This document shows positions 56,021 to 64,000 of a DNA stretch of 64,000 nucleotides, piece after piece. Each line of letters begins with the position of its first letter. The first letter of the stretch is position 1. This DNA is from the human T2T-CHM13v2.0 reference genome, Homo sapiens: NCBI RefSeq assembly GCF_009914755.1, contig NC_060931.1, one strand, 5' to 3'. The notes beneath the pieces were generated by a model that saw only the letters and a list, made by a program, of their open reading frames with translations, was not told the DNA's origin and ran no database searches. Made by a program: the position numbers and the translations under genes.

Positions 56021-57627
56021 TAATACTTCTGTTTTAAGGTAGATGATACATCTTGGAGATGCTATTGTAACATTTGCTACAATAAATATAGAATAAAAAT
56101 AAATAAAAAATCTTTTAAAAAGATAAATATATGTAGGGACATTGTATTTGATGTAAAAGATATATGTTTTTCAGAGTGGAAAAATAAACCCTGCATTTGG
56201 ATTATATTTGTTATTACCCACAATCTGCCACTTAATTTAATAGTCAAAGATGTTCGATTAATGAAATGAAAATAATTTTAAAATTATAATATGTTTAGTG
56301 CCCCTTTCTGCCCTCCCCACCCCTGAGAGTATCTTTTAATTTTCTAACTGCCCCCAGTGTCTGGTATATAGTAACTACTAAATAAATGTTTAAACAGTAA
56401 ATGAATGAATGAAAATTACATTTACCTTTTTTATGTAATGTACTTCTATTTTTATACAGTTACCAAAGTGAGAATGTTTTATTGTGGACCGTTAGGCAAT
56501 ACTGTCAAAAGAAATGAAGAAAATAGAAATCAATAGTAATATTTACTGTTAACATATTGGCTTATCTACAGATATGTTCTATATATCCATATGAATATAT
56601 GTTTTTAAAAGAATATAACAGTATTCACATATTGAGTATTTACTATGTATCATATATTCTACCGAGTGCTTTATTATCTCCTTTCATCTTCACATCACCA
56701 ATTTAGATGAACTATGAGAAACAAATACTCAAAAAAGACTTGGATATCTTGGCCATGGTATTATAGCTAGTAAACAGTAGATAAAGGATATTATTCCCAG
56801 GAAAACTTAACTATAACAAAAATATCTGTCCTGTTCTCCAATCTTATGAACACCAGGTACTTCCTAAATCCTTATATTCTATTTAAAAAAAACTGTTTGA
56901 AAGCATTAACCTAAGAATGAAGGCAATTCCCCCAAAGATCATATAATGGGAACAGTTTTTTCATAGATAGGGTAACTATATAAATTTTCATCCAATCTTG
57001 TATGCTTGGGAATGTGAAAAGGGGTGCTATTAATAATTAGGCTAGGACAACATGAGTAAACACAGCATTTCCTGGGAAAACTGGGGAAAGAACGGGGAAG
57101 AGGATGTGCATTTTAAAATAAAAACTATTTTAAAAGCACTGACTGAGTACTCTATGTGAGTTTTCTCATTTTACTACTCACAACTGCAGGTATTTGTACA
57201 TCAATTTCCCCAAAAGAATACAGATTCTCTGAGAAGATAAGTGCTCAAGCAACTTCTCACAAAATTAGTAACTGATGAGCCAGGGATTTACAGCCAATTC
57301 TGTCCAATTCCAAAGCTCCTATTCATTTCACTGTTAGGGTTTTTTTTTGGTTTTTTTGTTTTGTTTTGTTTTGTTTCCCCACGTGTAAATAAAACAAGGT
57401 TAATCTGTTCTCGACAAGTAAATAATTGCCATACATTGTAAAGGAACTGACTGGAAATGTAGATTGCGTAACATGTTTAAGTTCACCATGAAGATTTTGA
57501 ACCTTGTTTTCGTACTCTTTCCTTTAAGCTCCTATTATAAATGAATTTTACATTTTTAATTGTCATTTAAGGATTTATCTGTTCATTTGTGTAATCATAC
57601 TGGCACGAAATCATAGAATAAAACTTC

Positions 57628-57947
57628 TTTTTTTTTTTGAGTTGGAGTCTTGCTGTGTTTCCCAGGCTGAAGTGCAGTGCGGCGATCTTGGCTCACTGCA
57701 AGCTCCACCTCCCATGTTCACGCCATTCTCCTGCCTCAGCCTCCTGAGTAGCTGGGACTACAGGCGCCAGCCACCACGCCAGGCTAATTTTTTTGTTTGT
57801 TTGTTTGTTTTGTTTTGTTTTGTATTTTTAGTAGAGATGGGATTTCACCGTGTTAGCCAGGATGGTCTCGATCTCCTGACCTCGTGATCCGCCTGCCTCG
57901 GCCTCCCAAAGTGCTGGGATTACAGGCGTGAGCAGTCGCGCCCAGCC
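57628..57947 (-). mobile_element. AluY SINE with (TTTG)n expansion in the middle linker
   Basis: Y diagnostics GCAAGCTCC, CACGCCATTCTCC and CACCGTGTTAGCCAGGATGGTCTCGATCTCC. Imperfect TSD GAAT(A/C)AAACT. Confidence 0.95.
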
Positions 57948-58349
57948 GAATCAAACTATTTTTAAGTTGCAAAAAAATCTGAGCTACAGAGCAGCTGTGG
58001 ATTTACGTACTGTGTTGGATTACCAGTACGTAATCCAACACAGCCTGTCCACAAATGCTGACTGTGACAAAGTGGCCTATGAGAAAAACAAAACAAAAAA
58101 CAACTCCAAAGGGAATGCTCTTTCTGTCATTGCCTCCCTTCCTTTGAAAAATATAACGTTGGCAGCCCAGCCTTGTTCCCAGTTCTTTCTTATTCTACTT
58201 TTCAATTTAAGGAAATTTACAAGTTGTTGAATTCAGAAGTCTGGTATGCTCCAATCAATATCAACCTTTCCTTGTAGAATAAAAAAGTGGACCATCCAGA
58301 TACCCAATTTGTCAGAATACCAAAAAGAAGAAGAAACTGTAGATATCGT

Positions 58350-58560
58350 TTTCATGTCTACTATATGTGAGGCTCTGGGCTAGGTACTTTCCATACATTT
58401 CTCATTTATGCTTTATAGTATCTATGTAAGATAAGCAGTGTTCTATCCACAGCATTTGAGAAAACTGAAGTTTAGAGAAGTTTAAGTAGCTTGCCCAAGA
58501 GAGAATGGGTTATAAGTAGCAGAGCCTGAGGTTCAAACTCTGAATTTCAAAAGTATGCTT
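58350..58560 (-). mobile_element. MIR SINE
   Basis: GAGAAAACTGAAGTTTAGAGAAGTTTAAGTAGCTTGCCCAAG...TAAGTAGCAGAGCC. Confidence 0.75.
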
Positions 58561-60025
58561 TTTTTTCCTTTTGCCTCATAGAAGCTGTTATCTCCTCTGA
58601 TCTTCCAATATTCCAGTTTCTCCATTTCACTTACATCTCCTTGTACACATTTTAGATTTAGGCAACGATTATATTAGTGATATAACTGTCTTTTAATTTG
58701 ACGTTTCATAGCCTTCAACAGAATCATTAGTCTAGAAAATATAATTATACATATTATATAATCCTTTCATATGCCAGGCAAATTTTGATTACAACAAACA
58801 CTGTTAAGTAATATTTGTAGAACAAACAATTTCTGTATCTTAGGTGATGGTTTATTCAAGCTTCATATGTCACAGAAAGTTCTAATAAAATAAAAGTAGT
58901 GAGACAGTCTCCTGGAATTTGTTGTGATTTTTAATTTGTTGACATATTTTAAGGTTTGATAAGGTAAAACTTTATGAATATTTCCTCAGTTTATTCAAAA
59001 TAATGTGAGATTTCAGTAAATTACCACTTTCTAGGTATTCATTTTTTATATTCCTTAAACAAATCAAAAAAATACCTTAATATTTATTGTATGTTAACAA
59101 TGTGCAAAATGGTCAACTAGAGACTGGAAGGACCCAAAGTGTGTGACAAGGTTTGTGCTTTGAGGAAGCTTATAATTAAATGGGAAGGAAAAAGGCATAC
59201 ATGGAGCTTGTATCCAGCGGAATTAAGGAATTAAGGAATTCCCGTGGCCATCTCTTTTGGGACTCATTATTTCCTACTTTGACTTATAATCATTTGTGCA
59301 CTATTGTTTATCCCCCCCTACTGTACTGTAACTTCTTGGTTGAAGGGATCTTGACTTATCCTTATTTGTAATTCCCTCTAGCACCTGAGGCAATGTAGCG
59401 CACAGTGAGTGGCCTGTAAATAGCTTTTGAATGAATAATATATAAAACACTAACAATACAAGACTCTATATCTGATCTGCCAAATGCATAGAACTGGCAG
59501 CAAGTGCTGTAGAAGTTCATTGGGATTGGGTTGCTCAGGAGAGTTTCCATAGAGGAAGGAGTGTCTTCAATTGAAAACGTGAAAAATGAACTGGAGAAAC
59601 AAGGGTGGGGGCGGTCCAGGCAAGTGGAAGAGTATGCAGGGTGTTTATAAGGTGGAAACACAGAAAAGTTATATTTTATGCTTTAGTGGACACTGCAGAT
59701 TTCTTGGAATGGTACGATTTTTGTAAAAAAAAAAATTGATAAGGGTTGAAACTAGAGTATAGGTTTTAAATAGCCAAATAGGAAGCCTATAATGTCAGTT
59801 TATACAGCATCATTAATAAACATCAAAACAATCCTTACTATAAAACAGATACTCCATTAGTCATTTGGAACAAAATGTATGTTTTCCTACAAATAAAATG
59901 TATCTCTTCCTCTTCTTTCCCTCCTTCCTCCTCGAGAGTATAATGGTGTGGTTTAGAGACTGGGCTCTGGAGCTAGATTTAAAGTCCTTGTTTAGCCACT
60001 TACTGTGGAAACATGGTTAAGTTAA

Positions 60026-60961
60026 TGCAGTAGCTAGAATATAGGCTCTGCTTGTGTCCCAGAGACACAAAATAACAGTGGCTTATCACAATATAGAAGT
60101 TTCTTTTTATAAAAGTCCAGCTGGTATGGTGGTTGTTTTAGTTATATTGCTATGTGACAAATTGCCTCAAAACTTTGAGGCTTAAAAAGAGCCATTGTTT
60201 CTGAGGGTCCAGTATTTGGGCAGACCTCAGTAAGGAAGGCTCATCTTCACTTTACATCATATTAACTTAGATAAGAGATCCTAAGTCTTATGTCTAGATG
60301 CTGACTACAGCTGCAGCCACTTGGTTCTCCCAAGCATCGCCTCTCTCTCTCTCCCAATGTGATCTCTCATCTTTAGATAGTCTAGCATGAGCTTGTTGAC
60401 CGGGCTGCTGGCTTCCAGGAGAGTGAAAACAGACTGGAAAATCTGGGCTTAAAAGACTCAAGTGTCATTTCTGCTGCATTGTATTGACTAAAACAAGATA
60501 TGGGGTCTGCCCAGATTTAAATGGAAGGGAGAGATCTCTTGATGATAGGAATAACAAAGTACATTGCAAAAGGACTTGCAAGATGGGAAGAATTTTGGGG
60601 GCCATCTTTGGACATAATCTGTCAAAGTGGATCTGTTCTAAGAGGTCTTCAGTTGGCCTAGATTGCTTTTTCATGTTGCTCTGCCATCTCTAGGGTGTTG
60701 CCCTTCTCTGTATAATCCAAGATGACTCACCATCATGTTTCAGACAAGAGAAAGGAGAAAAATGGAAGAGGTAGGTACTTTCTTTTAATAGCACAACCAG
60801 GATTCAGATCTTAGTCACAAGGCTTATCTGGTTAGAAGTCCAAAAGAAAATAAACTCTTAATTCTGGATAGCAATAAGGCCATCTGAAAATTAAGGGTTC
60901 TATTTCCATGAGAACAAATTAGAGAATGGATTTTGGAAGGCAGTTTATAATCTCAGCGACA
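60026..60961 (-). mobile_element. MLT1 (I-like) LTR split by an inner LTR
   Basis: AAATAACAGTGGCTTA..AATATAGAAGTTTCTTT on the left; CATGTTGCTCTGCCATC..CCAAGATGACT..GGAAGGCAGTTTATAATCTCAGCGACA on the right. Confidence 0.7.
60134..60626 (-). mobile_element. MLT1 (H-like) LTR nested in an older MLT1
   Basis: TGTTTTAGTTATATTGCTATGTGACAAATTGCCTCAAAACTT...CATTTCTGCTGCATTGTATTG...GGGGCCATCTTTGGA. Flanks GTGGT and GTGGA. Confidence 0.8.
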
Positions 60962-61139
60962 ATTATTTAACTTCTTTTATTCTCAGTTTCCTTATGTGTT
61001 AAATAGAAATGATGATTTCACCTACTCCACAGAGCTGTTGTGGGGATTAAATGAACAATATGTGAGAGAATTCAGCACAGTGTCTGGGGAATAATTGTTG
61101 GCTTCACCATTCTTTCCGTAAAAAGTCACAGAATTTCTG

Positions 61140-62150
61140 CCACGTTTCAGGCACTGTTCTGGACTCTAAATGTATAAAGCTGTGTTAGATTTTTTTCACA
61201 CCTGGAGAGCTAAACCTTTCCTGAGAGAGGTAGACTTCTAAATATATAGCAGCATAAGTTATGTGCCTATGGTCCCAGCTACTAGGGAGGGTAACTGAGG
61301 AGATGGACAGGATGCGTGCAGGAAAATCAGAGATTCCATTCGGAACTAACACTCAGGGCTGACCATGAAAATGGAGTTAGAGATAACCTATTGCCTTTGC
61401 AAGAAAGAGTGTGGCATATTTAGAAAACTGTCAAAAGGCTGATTATGACTGAATCATAGAAGCTGGATAGATTGTGAGAAAGGAGCTGGAAGAGGTGAGG
61501 TGGAGTCAAATTATGAAAGGCCTCTTTTTTATAGACGTGAGTTTAGATATAACACAAGAGAACCTCTCCAAAGTCTCAGTTTCCTCTGAATATTGGGAGT
61601 ATTGTTGCATAGGATCATTGTGAGGATTAACTGATAAAATGCAGGACAGATGTCAGACATATATTAAGCTCCCAATAATCATCACCTATTGGTAATATTA
61701 TTAAATAATATTATTATTAATGGAGGAAGGAAAACCAAATCAGAGATATTTCTATGATGAATTTGGTTAATGTTTAAAAGAGTGATGGATGGTGACATTA
61801 CTGTGCGATTTCTAGCCGTTGATGAGATGTAGAATTCAAGGTGGATTGGAAAACAAATATAGAATGAGAAATCCAAAGTTTGAGATACTTTCCAAATACT
61901 CATTGAACACTAGGTATTAAGAAGTCAGTTAAAAATATTTTTATTGGGTAAAAAGGAAAAGTTAAGAGTTGGAAGTAAACAATTAGCAGACATTGCCAAC
62001 TCCCACTTAGAAGAGAAAGTGAAGTCATTCTGGGGAGGTAATAGAAAAGAAGTACAAGAAAAATGTGAAAAAGGCAATTGCTATCTCCATCTACCCATTG
62101 GGGGCATAGGACCATGTTCATAACATGAGAAGAACTATTTAGCATTAGTG
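61140..62150 (-). mobile_element. L2 LINE fragments (with a MIR piece at about 61570-61680)
   Basis: CAGGCACTGTTCTGG..., GGTGGAGTCAAATTATGAAAGGCC; diverged. Confidence 0.55.
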
Positions 62151-63028
62151 CTATTAGAAATGTGCAGTCATATTCCCTGTTGGATATGCCAAGAACATAT
62201 CTCCATTATACAACCAGAGCATGTCTTTTCCCTCTTACTGGACAGTGGACTGGAGACTCCTAGAGCTCCAGGTTTCTGGCGAAGGATGGGACAGTCATAG
62301 GATCTTAGGTATGATAATGGTCTCCTGGAAGCTTTCTTCACATATTTTCTTGTACCCTTTTGAAACATTCTCTTCACTGAAGTCTTACTGATTATTTTAA
62401 GAAACAAAAATTAGTTTCTGGATTAAAATTGTTTAGTGGATTCACATTGTTTTGGAAGAGGAAAGCTCGTGTCTGCCTCACTGTCATTTACTCACTTTAT
62501 TCCACACATCAACCACAAGAGGACATCTCTAAATCAAAGACTGTGCAATGCTCCTTTTGTCCAAGTTCTTGCTTTGCCTGGCATGCTCGCTCCCCTCTCT
62601 CCCTCTCCTTAAGTAGTCTCTACAACTCATCTTTCTCAGTTTATCCTAAAGCCTCCTTCCTCAAGGAAGCCCTCCCTGACCTTCCATAGATGCTCCTATG
62701 GAATCTTTGTAGCATTCATCCTAATTGTGAATATAATTTTGATTGTGCAAATAATTGTTTGATAACTCTTCACTAAACTAAACTTTAAGCTCCTCTGTGG
62801 CAGAGAGGTCTGACTTTTCTACTAATGGGGATTATATCACTTCTGTCTCCACCTCCAACACTGAACAGAATTGAGAAGCAGACATAGGAGTTAGATGGAG
62901 TATCAACATAATAGCTATACATTGCTAAATCTTGACTAATTCAGCCTCATCTCTGCCCTGAATTAGGCTTCCTGCTAATTCTTTCGGAATTGGACTTACT
63001 TGCTGAAATATTAGAAGAAACAAGGAGT

Positions 63029-63372
63029 TACCAGGTGCTGTGACTCATGCCTGTAATCTCAGCATTTTGGGAGGCTGAGAAAGAAGGATTTCTTGAGCCT
63101 GGGAGTTTGAAACCAGTCTGGGCAACATAAGGAGACCTTCTCTCTACAAAAAATCTAAAAATTAACTAGGCATGGTAGTACATTCCTGTGATCCCAGCTA
63201 CTAGGGAGGCTGAGGCAGGAGGATCTCTTGAGTCCAAGAGTTTAAGGCTGCAGTGAGCCATACTCGAACCACTGCACTCCAGCCTGTGAGACAATGTAAG
63301 ACCCTGTCTCCAAAAAAAAAAAAAAAAAAAAAAAAAAAGGGAAAAGAAAAAGAAAGAAAGTGAAAAAGAAAA
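63029..63372 (+). mobile_element. AluJ-like SINE with long poly-A/AG tail
   Basis: Dimeric Alu followed by an A run at 63313-63338. Confidence 0.93.
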
Positions 63373-63697
63373 TAGGGACAATCACAGCCTTCTGCTGTCT
63401 GGTACCTACAAGAATTCTACATTTAGAGTAGGTGCTTATTAAGGCACTGCTTGTTGCTTTTTGCTTTTTTTTTTTTTCCAAATTGATGTCTTCTTTAGAT
63501 AAGCGTTTCTAACATCCATGATCAATTGTAAAATAATTACATCTTACTTTTTCTCCTTTATGCTACTTTCCCTGAAAACAGCACACAGTATAATATACAG
63601 CCCTTTAAGGTTTCTTAAAGGTTTCATTGAAAACAACAAAAGGATCAAATATAGGAGGTAAAATGACTCTCTTCTATGTCTCCCTGTTATAGGCTTC

Positions 63698-64000
63698 TTA
63701 TTTATTTATCTTTATTTTTATTTTTTGCAGTTGCAAGATTTAATAGAGTGAAATAGAGTGAAAACAGAGCTCCCATACAAATGGAGGGGACCCAAAGGGG
63801 GTTGCTGTTGCTGGCTCGAATGCCTGGGTTTATGTCCCGATCCTTGTCCCTCCCACTGTGCTCTCAGGCAATAGATGATTGGCTATTTCTTTACCTCCTG
63901 TTTTTGCATAATTAGCATTTTAGTGAGCTCTCTGATTGGTTGGGTGGGAGCTAAGTTGCGAGCACCATGTTTAAAGGTGGATGCGGTCACCTTCCCAGCT
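63698..64000 (-). mobile_element. HERV-W (LTR17) processed retrocopy: 3' LTR U3-R plus poly(A) tail; continues beyond the window
   Basis: The minus strand reads AGCTGGGAAGGTGACCGCATCCACCTTTAAAC...CCAATCAGAGAGCTCACTAAAATGCTAATT...GGGAGCTCTGTTTTCACTCTATTTCACTCTATTAAATCTTGCAACTGC, then an A-rich tail in place of U5. Confidence 0.9.

Larger units (their letters stand above)
59935..61095 (+). mobile_element. MIR split by nested LTRs (pieces about 59935-60025 and 60962-61095)
   Basis: Left piece GGCTCTGGAGCTAGA...GCCACTTACT...TTAAGTTA. Right piece TTTAACTTC...CTCAGTTTCCTTATGTG...CCTACTCCACAGAGCTGTTGTGGGGATTAAATGA continues the MIR consensus. Confidence 0.75.

Overview
AT-rich, CpG-depleted primate (human-like) genomic DNA, dominated by transposable elements. 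Present are about 14 Alu/FLAM copies, L1, L2, MIR and CR1/L3 remnants, DNA transposons (MER82, MER2), several MaLR/ERVL LTRs, a complete THE1 element with 5-bp target-site duplications, a tRNA-Ile-headed MamSINE1-like element, and, at the right edge, the 3' end of a HERV-W (LTR17) processed retrocopy ending in a poly(A) tail. None of the supplied ORFs is a credible protein gene: they are Alu, THE1 or L2 translations or chance AT-rich frames. The only gene-like signal is tentative: a few short + strand exon candidates (about 17140, 24063, 24205) that could encode alternative C-termini, followed by a long repeat-poor, 3'UTR-like stretch. I cannot name the gene. I found no evidence of a new biological system. 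The more interesting observations are local duplications, nested insertions and palindromes read directly from the sequence. Repeat family names come from recalled consensus sequences, not a database search, so subfamily labels and the ends of old elements are approximate.
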